Assembly: GCA_019873645.1 (NCBI GenBank)
Contig: JAIOAX010000022.1
Coordinates: 20,599-84,598, forward strand
Direction: 5' to 3'
DNA from: Chloroflexota bacterium
Lineage (GTDB): Bacteria > Chloroflexota > Anaerolineae > B4-G1 > SLSP01
DNA length: 64,000 bases
Shown: piece after piece, positions 53,010-61,403 of the stretch
Numbering within the stretch: the stretch's first letter is position 1
Layout: each line of letters opens with the position of its first letter
The notes under the pieces: generated by a model
What the model was told of the DNA's origin: nothing
The model's database searches: none
What the model saw: the letters and a program-made list of their open reading frames with translations, nothing else
Position numbers and translations under genes: made by a program

Positions 53010-53747
53010 ATGGTTGAAACACCCGATATTGTACGTCCCCCGAAAGATTTGATCGAGAGTCTCAAAGATATCGGCAGTGCGACGGCCGCCGGCGCCTTGC
53101 GGCGCATGGGCATTCGCGACCCCCACATTCGCGGCCCCGTGGCGTGGAGTCCGGGGAAGTCGGTGGTCGGCCCGGCGCTGACGTTGCAGTGTATGCCGCT
53201 CCGCGAAGACATCTATGGCGGCGGGGAATACGTCGCCCCGGAGCAGCAGTTGCACCGCCATGTGCTCTATCACACGCAGCCTGGCGACATTGTTGTGGTG
53301 GATGCGCGCGGCGACATGGCGAGCGGCATCTTCGGCGAGATGATGCTGACGTATTTCAAAGGACGCGGCGGCATTGGCGTGGTGATTGACGGCTGCATCC
53401 GCGACTGGGTTCACGCCAAACATCTCGACCTGGGGTTCTGGCTGCGCGGCGTGACGCCGAACTATCACACGCAGACCAACATTTTCCCGTTTGCCGTGAA
53501 TGTGCCCATCGCCTGCAACAACGTCCTGGTGATGCCCGGCGACATCATCATCGCCGACGACGATGGCGCTGTGGTCGTGCCTGTCAAACTTGCGCCAGAG
53601 CTGGCGGCGCAGGCCAGCGTGAAACACGAATGGGAGGAATTTACCCGCCTGCGGCTATCCGAGGGCGGCGATCTGCGCAAGTATTACCCCCTCAGTGATG
53701 AGGCACGGGTCGAGTACGAGGCATGGCGCAAAGCGCAGGGGAAATGA
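53010..53747 (+). CDS. RraA-family protein (RNase E regulator / HMG-OAA aldolase family)
   Basis: GDIVVVDARGDMASGIFGEMM and GIGVVIDGCIRD. Confidence 0.8.
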   Translation: MVETPDIVRPPKDLIESLKDIGSATAAGALRRMGIRDPHIRGPVAWSPGKSVVGPALTLQCMPLREDIYGGGEYVAPEQQLHRHVLYHTQPGDIVVVDARGDMASGIFGEMMLTYFKGRGGIGVVIDGCIRDWVHAKHLDLGFWLRGVTPNYHTQTNIFPFAVNVPIACNNVLVMPGDIIIADDDGAVVVPVKLAPELAAQASVKHEWEEFTRLRLSEGGDLRKYYPLSDEARVEYEAWRKAQGK

Positions 53748-53756
53748 AACCGTTAC

Positions 53757-53795
53757 TGCACACCTGACAGGTTTCTGAAACCTGTCAGGTGTGCA
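53757..53795. terminator. 18-bp perfect hairpin (CCTGACAGG word) between convergent genes
   Basis: TGCACACCTGACAGGTTT / AAACCTGTCAGGTGTGCA with a 3-nt loop. Confidence 0.7.
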
Positions 53796-53804
53796 TTGAT
53801 ATAG

Positions 53805-54548
53805 TTACACCTCACATGGCGGCTCGCCAGCGACCGACTTGATGAGCGCAGCGGCGGCCTCGACCTGTGCTTCTGTTCCACTGATGCCAATCCACGCCGA
53901 CCCTTCTGCGCCGAAGATGCCGCCAGCGGCAATGAGGATGGCCTCTGCGCCGGTGAGCAGTTGAATGGCATCCAGCTCGGTGAAAATCTCGCCCGGCAAA
54001 GGCATCAGGCGCGGACCCTCGGTATCCGGCGCGTTCACCCGCAGTGCCAAGGTGTGAATGTCCTCAAAGACGCGCTTCTCCAGGCCGATAGGCACGATCA
54101 GCCGCACCCGCCGCCCGATGACCGCCGGCACGATTGCCATCACCGTGCCACCCTGCGGGTGGCCGATCTGCACGGCGGCCTGCCCGTAGGGATCGAAGGC
54201 GTTGCCGCCCTTGAGCACCACATCGCCGGCCTTGAGGCTTTCGGCCACATCGAAGACGGTTTTGCCGGGCTGCCACTGCCCGTCCACGATGACCACGTCG
54301 CCGGTCAGCTCGGCCTGGGGCAGTTTGGCGCCGTGGGCCACGGTCACGCCCCGCCGGAAGCCCACGCGCGAGAACTTCTCGGCCTGTCCGATGGCCGTGA
54401 GGATTTCCTCGGCCACATAGCCGTTGGTCGTCCCGGCGACGATGAGCAGGGTGCCCTTTTGCAGCACGCGCCGGATGTCGGGGTGCTGGGCCATCCCTTT
54501 GCCGATCAAGCGTTTTCCCATTGCGGGTGTCAGGTTGAATTGTTTCAT
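53805..54548 (-). CDS. Conserved-looking hypothetical protein (247 aa)
   Basis: I chose ATG 54548 because it is preceded by SD AAGGAG and an AACGTT-word leader. The 54791 start would translate the leader and a gene fragment. Confidence 0.55.
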   Translation of the reverse strand: MKQFNLTPAMGKRLIGKGMAQHPDIRRVLQKGTLLIVAGTTNGYVAEEILTAIGQAEKFSRVGFRRGVTVAHGAKLPQAELTGDVVIVDGQWQPGKTVFDVAESLKAGDVVLKGGNAFDPYGQAAVQIGHPQGGTVMAIVPAVIGRRVRLIVPIGLEKRVFEDIHTLALRVNAPDTEGPRLMPLPGEIFTELDAIQLLTGAEAILIAAGGIFGAEGSAWIGISGTEAQVEAAAALIKSVAGEPPCEV

Positions 54549-54629
54549 AGATGCGCTCCTTTTTGTGAAGTCGTTGGAACGCTGGAACGTTTGAACGTTC
54601 AAGCATTCCAACGTTTGTATACTACTCCA

Positions 54630-54740
54630 TTCCTTAATTAAATACGTATCTCCAGGCCACAGCAGCGATCTGGCGACCTGGTTGTTCAGCTCGACGCCGA
54701 GGCCGGAAGCCTCGGAAACCTGTATCCAACCGTTGCAAGG
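54630..54740 (-). pseudogene. Fragment resembling the C-terminus of an enolase-superfamily (mandelate racemase/muconate lactonizing) enzyme
   Basis: NGWIQVSEASGLGVELNNQVARSLL resembles the canonical dGyi.vp..PGLGVEL... C-terminal motif. No upstream body is present. Confidence 0.3.
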
Positions 54741-54943
54741 GTTTGTCCTCGCATGCATCTGCATTTTATATCGGCTAGCACGCAATGGCAAGCACGTAAG
54801 GTTTACTTACCTGTTGCGCTGCGCCGAGGGCTAAGGCGATGCAAGCGGCGACGGCCAGGAAAAGGGAGTTCGCGTCTCAAAGGTTTGCTCATTTTCGCAT
54901 ACAGGATAACCTATAAAGTAAGTTCAAGGCCAAGGAGAATAAA

Positions 54944-55123
54944 ATGACTAGCTGGCCCAATTTGCCTGTTGTTTATGAGGTCAATGCATGGGTCTGGCTC
55001 CATGAATTGAGTCATAAGCGCGGTGAGCGGATCACGTTGAAGAATGTTCCCAAGGTGAATTGGCCGCAGCACTCAAGTAAGGTTCTGTTTCTGTTCTTCT
55101 CCATTATTCGCGCTATACTGTAA
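54944..55123 (+). pseudogene. N-terminal fragment of a GH13-like (alpha-amylase family) gene
   Basis: MTSWPNLPVVYEVNAWVWLHELSHKRGERITLKNVP matches the WP..PViYEvN...WL.eLS.k.g..itL..vP N-termini as I remember them. It diverges after about 40 aa and stops at 59 codons. Confidence 0.35.
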
Positions 55124-55153
55124 GTATGTCAGCATTGCGCGAGGTACGGGACA

Positions 55154-57430
55154 ATGGCAGATGAGCCTAACTTCCTCGATTTTGAAATTCACATCGCTGC
55201 GTGCAGGGATGACCGTTACCCGGGACATATTCGCCTGGGTGATGGCCAGGACTTCAACGGCGACTTATCTGCCAACTTGTTCCCTTGGACGCCCACCGGC
55301 AATCTGACCACCGACGGTCGGCGCCTTTTCGCCGCGCTCTTCACCGATCCACCATTGCGCCGCGCCTGGGATATGGCGTGCGGCAAGTCGTCACACCGCC
55401 GCATCCGCCTCTGGCTGGACGCGGACGCCCCCGAACTCCACACGCTCCCCTGGGAACTGCTCCACGACGGCCACACCTTCCTCGCTGCGGATGCCGCTAT
55501 GCCCTTCTCACGCTACCTGCCGAGCGACGCGCCGTGGGGCGGCCTTGTCGCCGAGCAGCCTATCCGCATCCTGGCGGTGATTTCCAACCCCGCCGATCTT
55601 GCCCGACCGCCATACAACCTCGCCCCTCTCGATGTGACCGCCGAGCAGAAGTTGTTGACCGATGCCCTGGGTAATCTCGTTCCTGCACACTTCCACCTGG
55701 AATTTCTGGAAGCCCCCGTGACGCTCGAATGCCTGGAACGCGCGCTGGCGTCCGGCCCTCGCGTCCTGCACTTTGTAGGACACGGTACGTTCAATGTCTC
55801 CAGACAGCAGGCTGCACTCTATCTGCAAGATGCCGCCGGTAATACACAGATCGTAACCGACGCCCAATTGTGCGATATGCTCCGTCGCCAGGCAAAGCTA
55901 CCTGGCCTGATCTTCCTGGCGGCGTGCCAGAGCGCGGAACGTTCCGAGATGGATGCTTTTGCGGGACTCGCGCCCAAACTGGTACAGACGGGCATCCCGG
56001 CGGTGGTAGCGATGCAGGACGCAGTTGCTATGGCTGCGACACAAAAACTGACGCCGGTATTTTATGAAGAACTGGCGCAACACGGCACGGTAGACCGTGC
56101 CCTCAACGCCGCGCGGAGCCTGCTGCTGACCGGCCAATCGCCGGATGCCGCAACGCCGGTGCTTCTGATGCGGCTGAAGGATGGCAAGTTGTGGGAACCC
56201 TTGTGGACGAAGACCAACCCCTATCGCGGCCTGGCGGCTTTCACCGAGGACGACGCAAAGTTTTTCTTCGGGCGCGATCAATTGATTGCAACGTTACTGG
56301 CCCATTTACGCAGCGACTCGCGCTTCCTGGTCGTCGTCGGCGCATCTGGCAGCGGCAAATCCTCGGTCGTGCAAGCTGGATTGGTCCCGGCCTTGCGCAA
56401 AGGCGCTCTATTCGGTAGTCAGGATTGGTCTATCGTCACATTCCGCCCAGGCAATGATCCGTATCCTTCAGTAGACCTGTCAGGTTTTCTGAAACCTGAC
56501 AGGTCTGAGAAACATTCGGTGATCTTGGTTGATCAGTTTGAGGAACTGTTTGCCTTGTGTTCCGAAACGGTACAAAAGCGATTCCTGGATGATCTGCTGG
56601 CGCTCATTGACAGCCCCGCCCCGGTGACGGTGATCCTGACCGTGCGGGCGGATTTCTACGAATATCTGTTGCACCATGCGCTAAGCGAGCGCATCCAGAA
56701 AGCGCAGGTCAACGTGCTGCCGATGAAGCCGGAGGAGCTGCGCGCGGCGATTGAAGAGCCAGCGCGAAAGGTGGGCCTGCGGTTTGAGGCCGGCCTGGTG
56801 GAGACCATCCTTCAAGATGCCAGCGCCAGTGCAAATGCCTTGCCGCTGCTTCAATCAGCGTTGACGCAATTGTGGTACAAGCAAGTGCAAGGTGTGCTAA
56901 CCTATGCCGCCTACAGAGCCATTGGCGGGGTGACGGGTGCGATTAGCCTATGGGCAGATAACACTTACAGCTACCTCAGCGCCCAGGAGAAACTTCTCGC
57001 GCGGCGCGTCTTGACGCGCCTGGTTCACTATGGCGAGGAGGGCGCCGCTGATACACGCCAGCGGCAGGCCCAGGCTGACCTGGTAACAGAACCGGGCGAA
57101 CAGGATACTCTGCGCGGAGTGGTGCGAAAGCTGACGGACGCCCGGCTGGTGGTCACGGGCGAAGGCGAAACCATCGAAATTATCCACGATGCATTGTTGC
57201 GCGAGTGGGGTCAACTGAAACAGTGGGTCGCCGAACAGCGTGAGTTTTACCTGTGGCGGCAACGCTTGAATGTCCAGTTGCAGACGTGGAAAGCACAACA
57301 AGAGGATGAAGGCGCGCTCCTGCGCGGCGCGCTGCTGGCCGAGGCGGAACGCTGGCTGCAGGCAAAGCCAGAGGAATTGAATGAGGTAGAGGAAGGCTAT
57401 ATTGCGCGCAGCCTCGCGCTCCGGCAGTAG
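55154..57430 (+). CDS. CHAT (caspase-like protease) domain fused to a STAND-type P-loop NTPase
   Basis: CHAT His (LHFVGHG) and Cys (FLAACQS). Walker A GASGSGKSS and Walker B VILVDQFEELF. Ends at an in-frame TAG. Confidence 0.8.
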   Translation: MADEPNFLDFEIHIAACRDDRYPGHIRLGDGQDFNGDLSANLFPWTPTGNLTTDGRRLFAALFTDPPLRRAWDMACGKSSHRRIRLWLDADAPELHTLPWELLHDGHTFLAADAAMPFSRYLPSDAPWGGLVAEQPIRILAVISNPADLARPPYNLAPLDVTAEQKLLTDALGNLVPAHFHLEFLEAPVTLECLERALASGPRVLHFVGHGTFNVSRQQAALYLQDAAGNTQIVTDAQLCDMLRRQAKLPGLIFLAACQSAERSEMDAFAGLAPKLVQTGIPAVVAMQDAVAMAATQKLTPVFYEELAQHGTVDRALNAARSLLLTGQSPDAATPVLLMRLKDGKLWEPLWTKTNPYRGLAAFTEDDAKFFFGRDQLIATLLAHLRSDSRFLVVVGASGSGKSSVVQAGLVPALRKGALFGSQDWSIVTFRPGNDPYPSVDLSGFLKPDRSEKHSVILVDQFEELFALCSETVQKRFLDDLLALIDSPAPVTVILTVRADFYEYLLHHALSERIQKAQVNVLPMKPEELRAAIEEPARKVGLRFEAGLVETILQDASASANALPLLQSALTQLWYKQVQGVLTYAAYRAIGGVTGAISLWADNTYSYLSAQEKLLARRVLTRLVHYGEEGAADTRQRQAQADLVTEPGEQDTLRGVVRKLTDARLVVTGEGETIEIIHDALLREWGQLKQWVAEQREFYLWRQRLNVQLQTWKAQQEDEGALLRGALLAEAERWLQAKPEELNEVEEGYIARSLALRQ

Positions 57431-57439
57431 GAACGCGAC

Positions 57440-58219
57440 ATGCGTGAGGCGCAGCAGCGACGCGAACTGGAACAGGCGCAGGCGTTGGCGCGCTCTGAGA
57501 TACGCCGCGCTAAAATTTTACGGTTTGGATTGGGTATATTAACCGTCTTTTTGTTCATAGCAATAGGCGCGGCCTGGCTTGCGATGCGGCAAACTGACCG
57601 GGCTGAACAGCAAGCCCGAATTGCGCTAGCACGCCAACTCGCCGCCCAGGGACAGGCTGAGTTTGCAAATAACCCCTTGCTGGGAGTACGGCTGGCGTTG
57701 GAAGGGTTAGCGTTAGCATCGCCAGAAGACGTAAATTTCCGAAAGGAACTTGTGAAGCAAACCGGTGAATTGGCGCAATCCGGACGTCTGCTCAAATTGG
57801 GTGAAGATGTAGAAGAAACACACCTCAGTCCAGATGGCTCTGTCTTTGTGCTAGTGCGCGCAGATGCACCCAGCGAATTACGCCGCACTGCCGATGGTTC
57901 ACTCATCGTTCAGCTCACCGCTAAAGTAGACTCTATATACTTTGACAAGAGCCTATATACGCGCTACTTTGTGATACGATATAAAGATACATACGGTGAA
58001 TTACGGCGTACTGTTGATGGTTCAATCATTGCGACACTCAAAGACGAGGTCTATTCTGCGTCTTTCAGTTCCGATCCCAATGCGACCTACTTCGCAGTGT
58101 ACTACTTTAATTCTTCAAGTGAATTACGGCGTACTGCGGATGGCCTGGTTATACCACTTACAGATCAAGTCCATGAAGTTTTTTTAACCCTAATCCAAGT
58201 GCAATCTCCTTTGTGGTGA
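57440..58219 (+). CDS. TM helix plus the first 3 propeller-type repeats; probably the continuation of 55154-57430
   Basis: Same frame as the upstream ORF, separated only by TAG plus 3 codons. TM helix LRFGLGILTVFLFIAIGAAWLAM. Repeats ELRRTxDGS. Confidence 0.6.
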   Translation: MREAQQRRELEQAQALARSEIRRAKILRFGLGILTVFLFIAIGAAWLAMRQTDRAEQQARIALARQLAAQGQAEFANNPLLGVRLALEGLALASPEDVNFRKELVKQTGELAQSGRLLKLGEDVEETHLSPDGSVFVLVRADAPSELRRTADGSLIVQLTAKVDSIYFDKSLYTRYFVIRYKDTYGELRRTVDGSIIATLKDEVYSASFSSDPNATYFAVYYFNSSSELRRTADGLVIPLTDQVHEVFLTLIQVQSPLW

Positions 58220-59412
58220 GTTATCGGGATGCTCCTGGCGAGCTGCGCCGTATCACTGACGACACGGTGATCGTACTTCGAGATAAAGTCTATGAAGTTC
58301 TCTTTAGTCCTGATTTGAATGCAACCGTCTTTTGGGTGAGTTACCGTAATCAAATCGAAAGTGAATTGCGCCGCACATCTGATGGCTCAATCATTGAGAT
58401 ACTTACGGGTATAGTTACCACACCTACGTTCTTTAGTTCTGATTCTAATGCAACTTACTTGGTGACGAGTTACCTTAACGCACCAAGTGAACTTCGGCGT
58501 ACCTCGGATGGTTCGGTTATCGCAAAACTCTCTGGTGGGGTTATGTCTGGTGGAGATTTCAGTCCTGACCCAAACGCAGCTTATTTGCTGGTTAGATATA
58601 ATAGTAACACACTAGCGGAACTGCGCCGTACTATTGATGGCTCAACGATTTTAACACTCACAGCCCAAATATATTATACCGCCTTTAGTCCAGACCCACA
58701 TGCAACATACCTGGCCGTGACCCATAATTTCGGCACTGACCTGCTCTACTGTGCCAATGGATTACTTGTTACAACGCTCACCGACTATGTTCCCCAAGGT
58801 GGTATCTTTTTCAGTCCTGGTCCAACAGCCGCTTATTTTGCTGTTATGTATGGAGATATGCCAAGTGAACTGCGTAACACGATAGATGCGTCGGTTATCG
58901 TGACGTTTTCAGGCCGGCTATCCCATAACGGGGTAATTTTTAGACCCACTCCCAATACGACTCACTTTGTAGTGGGCTACGACAATGCACAAGTAGAGTT
59001 GCGCCGCACCAATGATGGGAAAATTGTCGAGACACTCACAGGCAAGATTTCTATTTATGATAATATGTTTTTCAGTCCCGACTCAAACGCCGCCTACTTT
59101 ATGGTGCCTTATGCAGACGGACATAGCGAAGTATGGCATACCACTGATGGTTATCGCTTGGTTGACCTATCTATGGGTAGAAAAGGGCTTGCTTTTACGC
59201 CAGACGCAAAACGGCTTCTCGTCTGGTATACCAATGGTCAGGCATACCTCCTCGACCTCGATTGGCTGACCGCCATGAGAGGTAATCCCGCCGCACTCTC
59301 GCCAGAAGAACTAACCCGCATCATCTGTGACGGCCCAATGGCTTCCGGCATGTTTGACGAAAGTACGCTTGCACAGTATTTGGACGGCCGCGAACCGCAG
59401 GCGTGCCGGTGA
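58183..59412 (+). CDS. Eight or nine further PD40/WD40-like repeats (-1 frame continuation of 57440-58219)
   Basis: The roughly 42-aa repeat ELRRTxDGSxI..L....FSPDxNAxYFxV continues seamlessly if the frame shifts -1 in the T7 run 58179-58185. The track ORF begins at GTG 58213. Confidence 0.6.
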   Translation, partial: FNPNPSAISFVVSYRDAPGELRRITDDTVIVLRDKVYEVLFSPDLNATVFWVSYRNQIESELRRTSDGSIIEILTGIVTTPTFFSSDSNATYLVTSYLNAPSELRRTSDGSVIAKLSGGVMSGGDFSPDPNAAYLLVRYNSNTLAELRRTIDGSTILTLTAQIYYTAFSPDPHATYLAVTHNFGTDLLYCANGLLVTTLTDYVPQGGIFFSPGPTAAYFAVMYGDMPSELRNTIDASVIVTFSGRLSHNGVIFRPTPNTTHFVVGYDNAQVELRRTNDGKIVETLTGKISIYDNMFFSPDSNAAYFMVPYADGHSEVWHTTDGYRLVDLSMGRKGLAFTPDAKRLLVWYTNGQAYLLDLDWLTAMRGNPAALSPEELTRIICDGPMASGMFDESTLAQYLDGREPQACR

Positions 59413-59537
59413 GAGAAGAAAGATTTGGAAATCACCATAAAAACTCTTGCGCGCTTCAGAAGGGATGCCGCATCTCTTAGAGTTGGCGTTGATCGCGGCC
59501 AGCGACTTGAACTGGCAGAGCGAGCGTATCCAGGCTG

Positions 59538-60356
59538 ATGTTGACCGAGAGTGAAAGTCTGGCGCGGCGCATCTGTGATTACGAAGATGACAGCCATCCC
59601 GAAGCAGAAGATGCGCAACACGATGTCGCCGAACGCGGCGGCAAGGTTCACATCGCCGTGACCGGGGGACGCAGCGGGATGGGGGCGCTGGCGGCGTTGG
59701 CGACGAACCTCTATGGCGCAGATTTCATGTGGCATCTGTGGGTCAGGCAGGACATCGAGGAAGGCGGTACGGTGGACAAGTTGACCGGCCTGGACGATCC
59801 GGAGCAGATGCGGGCTTCATGTTTCCTCAACCCGACGGTTGTGCCAGATGCCTGTGAGGTCGTCCAATTGCCGTTCCTGGACCTGCGCCCGTTGCATCCG
59901 GTGTTGTGGGAGTTCCGCCGCACAGGCAAACTGCCCGACGCAGTGGTGAACCCTCTGGCAACCCTGTTCAACCGATCGGACATCAAAGGCTTCGCCGATG
60001 TCTTCCCGGCCGGCCTGACATTCGGCGCCGCCGACGAAATTATGAGACTCAAGGCGCGTTACATCCAGGCCAGGATGCCTGGGGAGCGACGTTCTGCCCT
60101 CGTTGAGTTGGGAGAACTGCTGCAAAGATATTCGGTCGTGGATAAAGACGATTGCCAGCCAATGATAGACCTGGTTGCCGATGAAGCCTCTCCCGAGAAG
60201 TGGGCAAAATGGGCGGCCAGGAGAACCAGGGACCGAATCGGTTTTTGGAAGTGGCTGGCACAGAATAAAGACCAAATCACGCTCGTGCTGTCTACCGGTA
60301 CATTTTTGCTCACAGCGCTAGAGTTGTATCTGAAATTCCAAGGGTTATTGCCTTGA
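59538..60356 (+). CDS. Hypothetical protein; core resembles the C-terminal half of the Cas_NE0113 (CARF-like) family; C-terminal TM helix
   Basis: AVTGGRSGMGALAALATNLYG..HLWV..E and VQLPFLDLRP compared with my remembered SIAGGRKTMGFYLGYALSLFG..HVLV..E and EIPFVRLR. This is recall only and needs an HMM check. Confidence 0.4.
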   Translation: MLTESESLARRICDYEDDSHPEAEDAQHDVAERGGKVHIAVTGGRSGMGALAALATNLYGADFMWHLWVRQDIEEGGTVDKLTGLDDPEQMRASCFLNPTVVPDACEVVQLPFLDLRPLHPVLWEFRRTGKLPDAVVNPLATLFNRSDIKGFADVFPAGLTFGAADEIMRLKARYIQARMPGERRSALVELGELLQRYSVVDKDDCQPMIDLVADEASPEKWAKWAARRTRDRIGFWKWLAQNKDQITLVLSTGTFLLTALELYLKFQGLLP

Positions 60357-60366
60357 GAGCCTATTG

Positions 60367-61119
60367 ATGCCTACCATTCTCACTTTCCCCCTTTCCCCCA
60401 CCGAAGCCGCCGCGTTGCCCCCTTACCCTGGCCGCGCGCTCCACGCCCTCTTCTACCAGTGGCTCGCGCTCGGCGACTATGCCCTCTCGACGCGCGTTCA
60501 CGATGACGACGGCCCCCGCCCTTTCACCGTCGCGCCGCTGCACCGCGCGAACGGCCAGCCCATGCTGCGCCTCACGCTACTCGACGATGCGCTCTGGCCC
60601 GCCCTGGCAGCCGGCATCGCCCTGACCCCCACCGTCGAGGTGCTGGGCCGTCTCTTGACCCTCCCAAAGGAAGGCCCCCGGCTGGAGCACTGCACCTACG
60701 CAGACCTGGCGAACGCCGCGCGCGCCGAGACACGCTTGAACCTGCGCTTCATCTCACCCACCAGCTTCCGCTCGCGGGAGATGCACTACCCACTACCCGA
60801 CCCGGTGCTGGTGTTCCAATCGTGGCTCAACCGCTGGAACGAATTCGCGCCGGAGGAACAGCAGATCAATGTGGCGGTTCTGGATCTGGTAGCGGCGCAC
60901 GTGGCGGTAAGTTACTACAACGGACGCACGGAAATGGTGGACTTTGGCGGTAACAAGCGCGTGGTGGGCTTTGTGGGGGCGGTGCAATATCACATCCTGC
61001 GCCCGGCGCTGATCGGTGAGACCTGGCTGCGCGCGCTCAACACGCTGGCCGATTACGCGCCCTTCTGCGGGACGGGGCATAAGACGGCGCAAGGTATGGG
61101 GCAAACGCTGCGTACCTGA
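60367..61119 (+). CDS. cas6: Cas6-family CRISPR endoribonuclease homolog (orphan)
   Basis: PFTVAPL, LRFISPTSFRS, PLPDPVLVFQSWLNRWNEF and the C-terminal glycine-rich loop CGTGHKTAQGMGQ. Starts 10 nt after the previous gene. Confidence 0.7.
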   Translation: MPTILTFPLSPTEAAALPPYPGRALHALFYQWLALGDYALSTRVHDDDGPRPFTVAPLHRANGQPMLRLTLLDDALWPALAAGIALTPTVEVLGRLLTLPKEGPRLEHCTYADLANAARAETRLNLRFISPTSFRSREMHYPLPDPVLVFQSWLNRWNEFAPEEQQINVAVLDLVAAHVAVSYYNGRTEMVDFGGNKRVVGFVGAVQYHILRPALIGETWLRALNTLADYAPFCGTGHKTAQGMGQTLRT

Positions 61120-61166
61120 CTACAGGATTATTTTCGCAGGAGACGAGCATTGTCCAGGTGAAATGA

Positions 61167-61403
61167 TCAAAGCCGGTCATATTCCTCTGGTTCTACATCT
61201 GCCACTTTGGCCAGTGCAGCTTCGAATCTGGCTCTATCTCCTCGTTTCGCCCGTTCCGCTAAATATCCCACCGTCTTTAAAGCCGCGACTTTCTCGGCCA
61301 CTGCCAATACGATTAACTGATTGATCGAAACCTGTTCTGTTTCGGCTAACTCCCGCACCGTCTGGTGTAAATAATTGGGTAATCGCAAACTTATCGTACT
61401 CAT
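61167..61403 (-). CDS. RHH-type antitoxin
   Basis: STISLRLPNYLHQTVRELAETEQVSINQLIVLAVAEKV. 4-nt overlap with the PIN gene. Confidence 0.75.
   Translation of the reverse strand: MSTISLRLPNYLHQTVRELAETEQVSINQLIVLAVAEKVAALKTVGYLAERAKRGDRARFEAALAKVADVEPEEYDRL

Noticed and set aside
59238-59735. 165-aa minus-strand ORF spanning the gap between the propeller gene and the CARF-like gene
   Set aside because: It lies antisense to the ends of two co-oriented genes, has an R/A/S-rich shadow composition, and has no motif.
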